Source of the DNA: Spirogloea muscicola
Taxonomy: Eukaryota
Reading direction: 5' to 3'
DNA: 55,204 nt
NCBI GenBank assembly: GCA_009602725.1
Contig: WELB01000006.1
Coordinates: forward strand, 1,012,140-1,067,343
Below are positions 1-12,128 of this stretch, one piece after another. The position numbers and the translations under genes are program-made. The notes beneath the pieces were generated by a model. The model was not told the origin of the DNA. It did no database searches and saw only the letters and a list, made by a program, of their open reading frames with translations. Position 1 is the stretch's first letter, and each line of letters begins with the position of its first letter.

Positions 1-156
1 CCCCCCCCCCCCCCCCGCCCGTACATAAGCAGCCGCTTCTCTCTCACTTGACATCCCGCCGCCCATTCTCCTGCTCTCCTCTGCGCCGGCAGCTCAGCGC
101 CTCCCGCTCGCCCCGCGCCACCGCAGCCGCCGCCCGTCGCGCTCTCAACTCCGCCA

Positions 157-2997
157 TGGCGCCCGACGGTGGCCCCGCCAACGGCGCGCCGCGGCCGGCT
201 GTCTACTCGTGCCTGCCTCCCTGCAAGAAGGTCTACGTAGAGTACGAGGGCCTGCCAGGCCCCAGCTGGCTGTCCGACACGCCTTTCGGCATCAACAACG
301 AGGACTACCGCGTCGAGCTGCTCTGCATCGACCACCTGCTCGCCAGGCCTGCTCCGACGAGCCCTCCCCTCTGCCCTGACCTCTGCTGCACTCGCGGTGC
401 CCGGTCCCGCCCAATGTTCACTGGACTTCGAGTTGGTCTGCATTGCGCTCGCGTCTCGCACGCATCGGATGTTCTGCAGCTGACGAGCTGCAGCGGCCCG
501 AAATTGTCAAGCAGGATGAAAGCCAGAGGAGAGCCAGAGCGGAAGCTGCGGGTGCTCGCCATCACAGGAGGGTCTGACAACGTGCTCTCGATGCTCACAC
601 TCGGCGACAAGGTTGGAAGCGTGGATGCCGTGGACCTGAACCCCGCCCAGAACCACCTGCTGCTCCTGAAGCAGGTGAGAGCGTTGCTCTGGTCTATCTC
701 TTCTCTGCATTGTTACAATGGCTTTGACCAGGCTGTCCAATTATGATGGCATCCTTCTCACTGATTGAGCACCTGCCCGCATGTGCCAGGCTGCAGTCAA
801 GGTTCTGGAGAGCAGAGGCGATGTCGTAAAGTTCTTGGGGCTAGATGGTGATCACAGCGACGCGGCGGCTGACACTCGCATCGCCACCTACAAGGCAAAC
901 GTGCGCGACCAGCTGCCTCCTGAGACTCAGGTCAGTGTACGGGCGGCGAATCGCAACTGCCAAAGTTGGTTCCTACCAAGAGCCACGAGAATCAGGACAA
1001 CAAGAACAGTGCAGCTTCTATCTGCATTTGAGGAGCCAATTACAAACATCTTGAGCCGCTCCTTGGAGATGACTGTGCAGAGCTTCTGGGACACACTCGT
1101 TGAAAAGAACATTGCTTATGGTCCCTCGACATGCTCGCGATTCGAGAAGATGTACAGCATCATCAGGAAGAATCTGACTGGCAACGGCTTCGACATGGAT
1201 GCGCTGCTGCGGAAGGACAAAGCTGGCTTCATTGCGGGGGCTGTGGCCAGGGGCTGGGGCTCCTCACGTGAGGAGATTGATGAAGCTCTGATTGCATGCC
1301 AGCCGGATGAGATCTTCTATAACTCCTTTGAAGTGAGTTGGCAACTCAGCACAGCTACCTGATTGTGCTTGCGCAAACTTCAAAATGTCTGTGGGCACCA
1401 GCAACTCAGGAAATTGTTGATTGCTCTTGGTAGCCGCGCTAGCCTCTTCATTGCGCAAGCCAGCATTCAAGAGCAGTTCTATAACTGTTACCGCCCTGCT
1501 TCCAAATCAAGCGTGCTGCTTATGCACAGATCAATTTCAGAATAAGCAGTCATTCTATTGCGTCCCAAGCTCACTTCTGCTGCTTCTTGATGAATAATCA
1601 TCAAAGCTCGTCAACCTGACACGACGAACTATTGTCGTGTCTTGCATCAGCTGGGCCGGATGAAGCCCCAGCTGCTGGAGTACTTCGAGAGCAATAAGGA
1701 CGCTTACAAAGCTGTTTTTGCAGGCGAGCGCCCTCCTGCAGCTGTCAAACATCTTCTTTCAAGCTCCATGCTCGTGCATTGAGTCATGAAGCAATCTGCC
1801 CAGCTTCTGCTTCCACATCTCACTTGCTATCCATCGCAAGCAGGCGTAATGAAGCAGCTGGAGGAGGATCCAGAGAAGTTTGAGGACAACTTCATCATGA
1901 GTGTTCAATACAAAGGGTCCATGCCAACAAATGACTCCTCTTCAAGCTTGCCACTGTTCTTTAGCAACGACGGAATCAAGGCAAGCAACAAGTTGTTTCC
2001 TTCCATCACTTTTGCTCACAACAGATTCATGGCTGCGCTGACTGTGTATCTCAGGTTACCTCAATTTACTTTTCCCGACTACGGATAATCTGCTGCATGT
2101 ATGTCGCCAATCTCCAGCAATGATGACACACTCTCAACATCCTGATGGAAGGACGTGTGACTCCTCATTAACCAAATCAATTGTCTACAAAATGCAGATG
2201 TTGAAAGCAGAGTCTCCCCCAAGCTTACGTGTACACGTCGGGAACGTGGTTGACCTCGCCACCATTTTGGCAGGAAAGGTGAGAAGCCTTAGGCTTGCGG
2301 CAAACTTAGCAAGCTTGGATTCTCTTCAGTCCTTCCGAATTATCTCTTGCTCACCTGATCAAGAGGGAAAAGTGGCACTCGGAGGTGTGTCTTCTTTAGT
2401 TTGCTAAATCCAAGCTGTAGATCACATCTAGGGAGATTTTGATGGGTGTAGCTGCCCTTTTCCAGCAATATCGGACAGCACAGGAAGCTTGCGGAGGCAT
2501 GAATCATACACATACCACCTGATTGTTGCAATGTGAACAGGCCGGGAGGGGCTTTGATTTGATAACTTTGTCCAACATTGGTGACTGGCTGGACGAGGAG
2601 AAGCTCACGAGCACCATAGAAAGCATCGAACCTGCCCTAGCTCCTGGAGGTGATGCAAGCACATTGAGCCTCGGCCATGCCTTGACACGCACATGATATC
2701 AGTCAACAATGCCTTGAGAGAATCATCATCACAAGCCTCTGATGAAGGTGCCCGGTGGGTAGACAGCGTTTGCATGTAGCCTTAACGCCAAGAATGGTAT
2801 TCTCAACAAAGCTATTGGTCGCTGGGTATTGGACAGGCTTGCTCCTCCACCGAAGAGCTCTTGGCAACCAGCGGCGGAGCTTTGAAGGGGTCCTTGACAT
2901 TGATGAGGAACTGGTCTCAAGGCTTCCATTCGAAGACCACAGCCATGTCTTCTGGGGCCGCCCAGAGTCTGTCTTTGCGGGAAGCAAGCGAAGCTAA
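157..2997 (+). CDS. DUF3419 / BtaA-like SAM-dependent 3-amino-3-carboxypropyl transferase family protein, multi-exon
   Basis: Spliced motifs NEDYRVE, LRVLAITGGSDNVLSML, VDAVDLNPAQNHLLLLKQ, FDLITLSNIGDW...ALAPGG and terminal EDHSHVFW match DUF3419 as I recall it. Exons approx 157-346/515-674, 790-930, 1081-1332, 1651-1723, 1844-1980, 2199-2278, 2541-2649, 2840-2997 (TAA). Confidence 0.75.
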
Positions 2998-3589
2998 GTT
3001 GCGCGGCTGCCGTCAGTAAGCTGCAAGGAACCTTATAGATGCAAGGGCCGAAGCGAATCTCGATTCTCTTTGTGCACGTTGTCCTTTTTGATAAGCTGGC
3101 AGTCACACTCATAGCCAAAGCCTCAATGAAGGAGCCACTTGCCCACGTTCCTTCTCGATTATATTGTGCATTGTTCAATTTTGATGGCCTCCCACGGTCG
3201 TCCCTTACTTGGAGAAACCTCTCTCTGTTTTCAGAGTCTTTCGGGGTCTTGTTGCCTCCTCATAGTACGTCTCCGCTCACATTGGCACTGTCACAAGTCT
3301 CACAGAGACTGCTCGCACCATGCCGCAAGTCAATCTGCCCTTTGGTTGCCAACCGGCTGATGATGACCAGCTACTGGCGAATGTCATGGAGCGAGTCTGT
3401 GATACACCTAGCAATAGATAACCCCAGAACGTCATCCACTTGTATGAGGACCGGCACTTTTGCTTCTGGAACTGCACAGGGTACGTAGATACGTAGCTCA
3501 TCTGCATGAGGGTGATGGGCGTTAAGAACATGGAAGGGATGACGTGAGTTGTGTGAAGCCTCGAGGAAGAGTGCGTGGAATGGCACTAG

Positions 3590-4790
3590 CACCCTAACCT
3601 GTGAGTCCCTTCGAGCCGCTCTGCTGCAGGCTAGCCTGCCAGTCAGCCGCGGCGGCTTGGATTGCCGCCCTATGGCCCGCGCCTGTGAGGCTGCATACTT
3701 GGGCAGCTGGGCGCAGGTCGCCGTTCCCCTAGGCCAACGCTTCCTCGTCCACGGCAGCCGCGCCCTGGAGCGGGCGGCAGCTGCAGTGGAGACCGGTCCG
3801 ATGCCTCTCCAGGCTGACGTCTTTAAGATTAGTCATTGTGGTCCCTTCGACCCTTTGTCAACTCTTTCCGGGCTGGCTGTTTACAGCCCTTGCCCACATT
3901 TGGAGAGCCACTTCTTCTTGAGATTAGTATCCTGCTTTTTGCGCCATCCGGCCCTTTTAGACCTTGTCCATTCCGTCGAGCTGGCCTCTCACAGCCACTC
4001 CCGTCAATCTGGAGAAGAGCTGTTTCTTACCAGGCAGCCCTCCGCTCATTTGAGCACCTCGCCCACACCCCTGACCTGCGTTGTCAGGCACGTTACATGC
4101 CGTTGGTGGAGCAGGCGGCCTTTGACCAGGCGATGGCACTCTTCCCCAGGACGACCTCCGTGGGCGCGCCCTGCTCCTGTCAGCCTCCTCCCCAGAGGCG
4201 GCGGCGTGGTTGACAGCGCTCCTCATTCACGCTGCGCTGACCACGCCGGATGCTACCTTTCGGACGGCTGTCCACCGGCTCCTGGGCCTCCTTCCTCCCT
4301 GCCTCGTCGGGGTGGTGCAGTGTGAAGGCGAAGCACGCCACGCCGACACTGTGGAACTGGCTGCTCACATGGTCCGTTGTGCACACGGGGGAGAGCGGAC
4401 TGGGTCCCACGACCTCCTGCGGGACGGTATGTATGGCGTGTCGTTAGAAGCTGGCTACATGGTGGCAGTGGAAAATACGTCTGTCATGCCCATCCAGCTG
4501 GGGGCTGACGGTCAGCTCCATACATGGCGCGTGGACCTGGTCACTATCCCGCCTGGATGAGGTCCCCGCATTCATGCGGATGTGGTGACTGCCGACTGCG
4601 TCGACTCCGCCAACCCCATCAAATCGGCATCAACAGCAGGGCACGCAGTCGGCACGGCGGCTCGTGGCAAGGAGCGCAATTATGCGGATCACCCGGTCGC
4701 AGATGACTTCGCGGCACTTGCGATTGACGTGCACGGGGCCTTCGGCAGTCGCTGGCTGGACCCCCTGCAGCGGCTTTTGCCCGCGGCAAG
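3590..4790 (+). mobile_element. 5'-truncated, decayed RLE-type (CRE-like) non-LTR retrotransposon: thumb, CCHC knuckle, restriction-like endonuclease
   Basis: Translates LQASLPVSRGGLDCR...AAYLGSW, QCEGEARH...AAHMVRC..GGERTGSHD, RVDLV...DVVT...GKERNY...FAALAIDVHGAFG. Contains frameshifts and a nested insertion at about 3812-4009. Confidence 0.8.
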
Positions 4791-5540
4791 GAGCGAAAAT
4801 ACGCTGATCACCCGGTGGGGGATGAATTCGCGGCCCTGGCGATGGATGTACACGGGGCTTTCGGCAGCCGCTGGCTGGATCTCATTCAGCGGCTTGCTCG
4901 CCAGGCCATTGACCGGCGGCCGGGTCTGCCAGGGGCGATGCCCGGCTTCAACGCCGCCGGGTCGCTCGCACAAGTCTTCCGCATGCGCCTGGCCGTATCG
5001 CTTCAACGCCCCTTGCCCACGCCGTCCATACGCGCGCGCAGGCCGTGCTATGGCCGCCGCCTCTGGGTCTCGGCGGAGCGCCTCTTTCCCTGCAGCGAGC
5101 TACTCAGACCTGATGTTGCTCACTCGTGGGTACTAAGCTTTCCTCTGCATCGTTTCTGTGTTCTGCAGTATGTTGTAGTTTTGCCCGGCAGGCCATCGAT
5201 TGTCGGCAGGGTCCGCAAGAGGAGCTGCCCGGCTTCAACAATACTGGGTCGCTTGCCCAGGTATCCCGCATGCGGCTCTTTGTCTCCTTCCAACGCTCCC
5301 TGGCTCACGCCGTGCACTTGCGGGCAGGCCGTGCTCTGCCTGCTGCTTCTGGGTCTCGCTGGTGTGCCTCGTTGCCAGCTGCAAGTTACTCCGACTTGCT
5401 GCTGCTAACCCGGGGTTACTAAGCTTTCCTCCGGTGAATCTCGTGCTTAGCTGTGTGGTTTAGGCGCCTTACGGCTCTTTGTCCATTTCTTTTGGGCTGG
5501 CCTTTCCCAGCCACCTTTTTATGTTGGGCGAGCTTTTTCA
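4790..5540 (+). mobile_element. Two further head-to-tail 3' fragments of the same retroelement (RLE C-terminus plus 3' UTR)
   Basis: Both end in ...SYSDL(M/L)LLTRGY* (5136, 5422) followed by UTR sequence; the second carries the GGGCTGGC..CAGCC hairpin at 5494-5512. Confidence 0.85.
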
Positions 5541-5809
5541 TCTGACAAGGGCCAAAGAGCCAACAGGCGCTATAAGCCCACAGCCTTGCAAGTGGCTACA
5601 GCGAGCTTAGTAAGTCAGAAGCCGCAAATTGGAGTAACATGCAGCTGGATATGAGTCACCCCGACGAAAGTCAAGATTATGACCCAAAGCGCGGCCTGCC
5701 TGCAAGTGCACGACGTGCGCCTCTCTCTCCCCCTCTCTTCCTCGTCCGGTCTTTCTGCTGCTTTCTGGGCTGGCCGTTCACAGCCCCCGCCCCCTTTCCC
5801 TTTTAGAAA

Positions 5810-6970
5810 GAAGAAAGTGCTCGCCCATACAGTGAGGCTGGCAAAGCCAGCCCAAAAAGAATGGACCATGACCAAAGCCAAAGAAAGAGGTGCCGAAAAA
5901 GGACTACACTACAAAGCACGAGACGATGCAGAGGGAATCTCAGTGCCCGCAAGTGAGCAACATCAAGTCAGAGTAGCTCGCTGCAGGGAAAGAGGCGGAG
6001 ACGCAGAGGCAGCAGCCACAGCACGGCCTGCTCGCGTGTGGACGGCGTAGGCAAGGGAGCATTGGAACGAGACCGCCAGGCTTATACGGAAGACCTGAGC
6101 GAGCAAAGCAGCGGCGTTGAAGCCGGGCAGCGCCCCTGGCAGACCTGGCCGCTGGTCAATGGCCTGACGAGCAAGCCGCTGGAGGAGATCCAGCCAGCGG
6201 CTGCCGAAAGCTCCGTAAACATCGATTGCCAGAGCCGCGAAATCATCACCAACCGGGCGATCCGTGTATTTGCGCTCCTTGCCCCGGCCGCCAGGTCGAC
6301 TGCGTGCCCAGCAGTCGACGCCGATCGGGTAAGATTGGCAGAGTCGACGCAGGCAGTGGTGACCACATCGGCGATGGTGCGGGGACCTCCGCCGGGCGGG
6401 ATGGCGACCAGGTCGGCGCGACGGGTATGGAGCTGGCCATCCGCATTCTGCTGGATGGGCATTATTGAGGTGTTTTCCACGGCAACCTTGTAGCCGGCCT
6501 CCATAAACACTCTTTGCATGCCATCGCGAAGAGAAAGGCGCGCGGGGCGCATGAAATGAAAAGGGAGGCCAGACCTCGCAAAGGAGGTCGAGGGAACCGG
6601 TCCTCTCGCCCCCGTGCGCGCCACGGAGCATGTGCGCAGCCAGATCCGCAGGGTCGGCGTGACGGGCACCGCACTCGCACTGAGTGAGGCCCACGAGGCA
6701 GGGTGGGAGGAGGCCCAAGAGCCGGTGGACCGCCGTCCGGAAGACCTCATCTGGCATGGTGAGCGCCGCATATAGTGGGAGCTCCGATAACCACGCCGCC
6801 GCTCCAGGGGAGGAGGCTGAGAGGAGCCGTACGTGCCCGCGAAGGTCAGGCGGAGGGAGAAGCTCCACCACCTGGTCAAAAGCCGCTTTCTCGACCAGCG
6901 CCGTGTAGCGTGCCTGGGCACGCAGGTCAGGGGTGTGGGCGAGGTGGGAGAGCTTTTGGAAGAGCTCACT
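5810..6970 (-). mobile_element. CRE-like retroelement fragment (CCHC + RLE + 3' UTR), opposite orientation
   Basis: ORFs 5963-6871 and 6082-7326 give CECGARH...AAHML, RRADLVAIP...IADVVT, GKERKY...FAALAIDVYGAFG. A ~55 bp insertion sits at about 6530-6580. Confidence 0.85.
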
Positions 6971-8225
6971 TTGTTCATTCTTATTGGGCTGCCTCTCACG
7001 GCCACTGCCCTCTCCTGGAAGCGTCCTATCTTGCAGACACTGTCCCTCTGCCTGGCCCTTCCTCTCTTTTCTGGGCTGGCTTTGCTAGCCCCTCTTTCTC
7101 TATGGGCGAGCAATTTCTTTCTTCCCAGCCACCACCCTATGCGTAACAAGCACATGAGGGGCTGGCCAAGCCAGCGTCGAGACCCAGAGGCAGCAGCCAT
7201 AGCTGCTGCCTCAGGGTGCAGACTCGTGGTTACTGAGCGGGTCAGCTTAGCAGCAGGTGACGCACATTTGTCAATGTGCTTGCCTTTGTACTTGGCCAGA
7301 CAGGCCCTCCATCTCTTAATACACACTCATCCCCATAGCGCGGCGCGGCATCATGCCTCTGACTGCTGGGGCGGACGGCCGCCTCCACACCCGGCGCGCC
7401 GATCTCGTCGCTAGCGCGCTCGGCGGGGGGCCTCGGCTCATTGCCGACGTCGTCACAACGGACTCCTTGGATTCCAGGAGCGCAACACGCTCGGCGGAGG
7501 AGGCGGGCTACGCTGTCCGCCAAGCGGCCGCCGTAAAGGAGCGCAAGTACTCAGATCACCCGGTAGGCGACGAGTTTATCCCACTCGCCGTCGACGTACA
7601 CGGCGCCTTCGGCGCCAAATGGCTGGACCTCCTTCACCGCCTTGCGCGGCGAGCAGCGGCCCGCCGCGACGGGCAGCAAGGCGAGCAGCCTGGCTTCCAT
7701 GTCGCCGGGTCCCTCGCCCAAGTTTACCGGATGCGCCTGGCCGTCTCTTTGCAGCGGTCCCTAGCTTTTGCGGTCCACTTGCGCGCAGGCCGCGCTCTGG
7801 CGGCGGCCTCCGGCTTCCGTCAGGGCGACGTCTTTCCGCCTGCTAGCTACTCAGATTTGCATCTACTGACGAGAGGTTACTGAGAGTTCGCTTACTGCTG
7901 TCTCAGTCCTTAGCACTCCGATTCCTTCAGACCTTGTCCATTCTTTTGGGCTGGCCTCTCCCAGCCACCAGTTAATCTGGCCGCGCTTGCTGCGGCCGGA
8001 GAGGGCGGTGGCTGGGAGAGGCCAGCCCAAAGAAAGAATGATCAGGGGCCAAGGGAAGCGCTTAAGCACACATGGAATGAAGCAGCTACGAACAAGGCGC
8101 GCGCGGAGCGCATGAAATCGAAAGGGAGGCCAATTCTAGCCTAACGAATGTCCTGTTAACTGGGTAATGAGCTGGCTGAGGGGAAACACTCTGTGACCCC
8201 TGCTAAGCAGCCGCAAGTCGGAGAA
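6970..8225. mobile_element. Cluster of retroelement 3' ends: UTR pieces, RLE fragment 7353-7883 (+), inverted pieces 8005-8225 (-)
   Basis: ORF 7353-7883 reads RRADLV...DVVT...KERKY...FIPLAVDVHGAFG...LLTRGY*. The reverse strand at about 8193-8227 reads FSDLRLLSRGH. Confidence 0.85.
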
Positions 8226-8814
8226 GGACGCGAAGGCGACAGCTGGTCACCCCGTTACAAGCTCGTGAGCTCGCCAGCCGAGGCGGGCCCCCTGCGACGT
8301 GGCCGCCGCCGCCGCGAGCTTGCAGCTGGTGGGGCGGGCCAGCTCAAGCGTCCCCGTCGCAGCACCGCAGCTCCATTGCCGCCTCGAGGCTTCGCAGGCA
8401 GCCGCGGCGGCCCGGCCGTGAGGCTCCTCCGAGCGGACCGGCAAGCGGAGCTGGGGCTTCGGCACTGCGCGGCACCAGCCGGTCTGCCAGTCGCCACTTT
8501 TGGTCACCAGTCCTCCGACTCGGGCCGCACAGCCTGAGCGCCGCCCTCTCCGCCGCCTCGGGCTGACTGAGCCGCAGATGACCCGCTCGGCGGGCCGAAG
8601 CCCATAGCCAGGACTTGTGTCGAGCAGACCGGAGGCTGCAGCACCATTTCTCGCAGCAGGCATTGCTGGGCAAGCTCGCCATGGGTGCCTGAGCTGCGGC
8701 TGCTTGAGCTTCTGGAAGGCGGCTGGCGCGTCCGCTTCACGTGCCACACTGTGGTGGAGGCAAGCGGGGGACCTGTCACTCCAGGGCGGAGCTGGACCGC
8801 GCACAGCCTCAGGA

Positions 8815-11800
8815 ATGAAGCGCTTCTTCCAGCCGATTGTCAAGGACCCCTCGTTCAAGCGCCAGCGCTCCCAGGGCACGCCTCCGTCTGGCGGCAACGT
8901 CGAGAGCGAGGGCCGCAGCCCTGCGGCTGCTGCTGACGGAGGTACACGGCTGTGAGGCCCTCTCAGCAGTGCAAAAGTCAGCGCATGTCACCCTCTACTT
9001 GGGGCTTGACGCCCCGGCAAGCTTCCTGTGCTTTGGGTTGCACAGAGCAGACTGGCCCGCCTCTCATGCCAGCTGCCCCTGAAGCATCCCTGTGGTCATC
9101 CTGGCTTGGGTGCTTGCTCACTGCCTGTGGATTTGTGCCACCCGCCCGACACCCTTCTGCCCTTTGTTTCCCTAGGTCACTGGAGCTGTCAAGCAGGCTT
9201 CAATGCTAGCCTTCCTGTGCAGGAATGCAGGTTTTCACAGATGTGCCATGTGCCAGACTTTCTACAAATGGACTGAGAGGAAAGCATTTGAGCGCACTGT
9301 ATAGAGGCTGACTGCTTTCTGGAATAGTCAAAATCCACATTGCTTGCTCTTATCTAATATTCTTCAATGCACTGCCACTTTGGTATGCAGGTCCTGAAAG
9401 TCCATCAACATTGCAGCAAGTGCTTGGCAACCACCAAGAGACACTGCCTGATGACAAGTCACAGCGAGTACCCTGCAATGAAATTTCTGAGTACCAGGGA
9501 CAAGGATGCAAGGCTGGAACTGCAATGAATGAAGATGGAAAGGAACGTGAGAGAGGTGATGTAGAGAGCGGGGTAACAAGCACTAATCGAGCAAATGGGC
9601 AAGATGGCAGCACAAAAGCTGGCAGTGGCAGGAGGCATATGTTTGGTTCGAAACGAGAGGCGTCAGGGTCAAGGGTAAGGAGTACAGAGGACGATGTGGA
9701 AACAATGCAAGTGGTTGGAGAGGAGCCCAGAAAGTTCATGTCCTGGAACGCCAACAGCTTTCTCTTAAGGATGAAAAATGAGAGGGATGCTGTGCTGGAC
9801 TTTGTGCGGAAAGAAGACCCCGACGTCATTGCGATTCAAGTCAGGCTGCATGCTAGCATGCCTTTATGAAGCTGTGCTACCTTGACTGATAACACCGCTG
9901 TGTTTGCTGGCGGATATTGTGTGTCACATTATCCCTTGCTGCACCCGCAAGCAGAGAGTATCCTTGCTCACCAGCACATCTTTGTGCTTGCTGGTCCAGC
10001 TCACAACTTTCTGACACTGATTTTTCAGGAGGTTCGCATGCCAGCTGCAGGAAAGAAGGGTGAGCCTAAGCTTCAGGGCACCCTCAAAGATGACACTGGA
10101 CCGTCTCGCAACGACAAGGCTATCATGCTGAGAGCTCTGGCCACTTATCCACTTTCTCAATACAGAATTTGGTGGTCCCTGGGAGACAACAAGTATGGTG
10201 GAACCGCTCTGCTTGTCAAGAAGAGCATCTGCTCTCCAGCAGTCAGCTTCAATCTTGAAGCAGATGCTGCTGCCAAGGGTGAGAGGTCCTTCAAGCTTGG
10301 CTACCTCACACAAAAGTTAACATCTCTGTTCTGACTGGCAAGCACGATATGTCATGTTAGAGGTCCAAAAGTGGTGTTTGCGTGGACAGTTGTGTCCATG
10401 CCTAAACATGTGCTAGGTAGATGAAGGGAACTATGACCGTTGAGTAAAGGCAGTGTGACAAGCGCCTAACGCTTTTCTCCTTGTTCGTCCATCTCACCAC
10501 TTACTGCAGCTTGTCTAATCAAGTACTACCTCCTGACAAAACAGGACTGCATGAGATGGAGGGGAGAGTGATTGTGGCAGAGTTTGACACGCTCACTCTG
10601 ATGACCACTTATGTCCCCAATAATTCCTGGCGAGATGAGCCCAGTGGCTTCCAGCGAAGGAGGGAATGGGATAGGAGGGTGCTCCAGTTTCTCCTCTCAT
10701 GGCAAAAGACTTCTTCATCTCCTTATTCCAAAGAGGATGTTGCTAATACGTCTTGCAAGCCCCTTGTCTGGTGTGGCGACCTCAATGTCAGGTGAACCAG
10801 TCCTTAAATTCATCGTTCTGGAGCTTGTGAGCCAAATTTTTGCTGGAATTGTGTTAGTCCCATAATCAGGAGAGTCGGACTGACATGCAGCTCCACCATC
10901 AAGAGTTTAGGGTTTAGGGTCTCATCATAGGCTCTTTGTTTGCCGGACCGCCTGCACATCTCTGCCTGCACTTCATCTCTTGACTGCCCCTTGAGATCTC
11001 TGCAGCCACGAGGCGGTTGATGTCACGCACCCCGACTTTTTCCGAGACGCCAAGAAGGATGGTTACATCCCCCCGAATGCAGAGGTAGTACTCCACTTAC
11101 ATTTCTCACTGCTTGACCTTGATGCTTGGTTGGCCTTGATTGTCAGCCAGCAAAACCAAAATGTAGTCATAGTACAAAGGTTTTCATCCTTTCTACAGGA
11201 TCGAGGCCAACCAGGTTTCACCCCGGCAGAGAGGTTCCGCTTCTCAGAGTTCCTTAGGAGGTGAGTGGGCTGGGAAGAGCTGTTTATACAGTCCAGCTCT
11301 GCATGAGCTGTCAAAGGACCAGATAGTCTGGTATTTGTACATTGTCACTTGGATTCGGAAAGTCAAGGAGCTACTCTCATGACTCATGTCACTTAAGGTG
11401 CAGCCATTATCCGTTTTGCATGAGAAAGACAGGAGAGTCGGTCAATGAAAACTCTCTTGTGTTACCGAGTGCATGCACAGGGGTGGTCTGGTGGATGCAT
11501 ACCGGCTCATGCACCCAGCGAAGGACTATGATGCGGGATACACGTGGTCTGGCCATCCTGTTGGCAAGTATTGTTCTGAATTGTGCCAAGCTGACTCAAG
11601 TTGGAATGCTGTCATATGACATGGTATACCGCAAAGTCCTCTGAGTCAGTGTAGCATCTCACAACTCTCACCAGGAGTATCCAAATTCTCTAGAACGTAT
11701 TTCATCATACAGATTTCACGCGAGCTTCTTCAAGGTTGCCCAGTAAAGTGTGTGAAGCTCACTGACTCCTGTGACCAGATTTCGAGGCAAGCGGATGAGA

Positions 11801-12128
11801 ATAGATTATTTCTTGGTGTCAAGGAGTATCACGCATCGTGTCAAAGTGTGTAAAATACATGGGACTGGCATTGAGATGGAAGGTGAGCTCCTCTCAATGC
11901 ATGGAGTCCCTGCTGACAGGCCTTACTCGTGGAAGGAGTAGTGCCCACTGCTTAGTTTCTCATACTGTCGTCAATGTGGCTGCTGCATGTTGGCAGGCAT
12001 GAGGCTCACCAGTAGCTTTGCTTCAAGATCCGAAATTGCCGGCGCGTACTGAGGCTTCTTCATTGCAAACCGCAGGTTATCTTGGCAGTGACCATTGCCC
12101 CATCACTCTTGAGCTTCGACCAAGCTGA
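8815..12128 (+). CDS. APE1L: Exonuclease III-family AP endonuclease, plant APE1L type, 9 exons
   Basis: MKRFFQPIVK start, KFMSWNANSF, PDVIAIQEVR, KYGGTALLVK, EGRVIVAEF, TYVPNN, WCGDLNVSHE, GQPGFT, LVDAYR, YTWSG, RMRIDYFLVS, LGSDHCPI. GT-AG junctions are in consistent phase. Confidence 0.93.

Noticed and set aside
10905..10919. (TTTAGGG)2 telomere-like sequence in an APE1L intron
   Set aside because: Only two units; too short to call interstitial telomere or an element target.
8815..12128. AP endonuclease as part of the flanking retroelements
   Set aside because: It is an intron-rich host APE1L gene; the elements encode an RLE instead.
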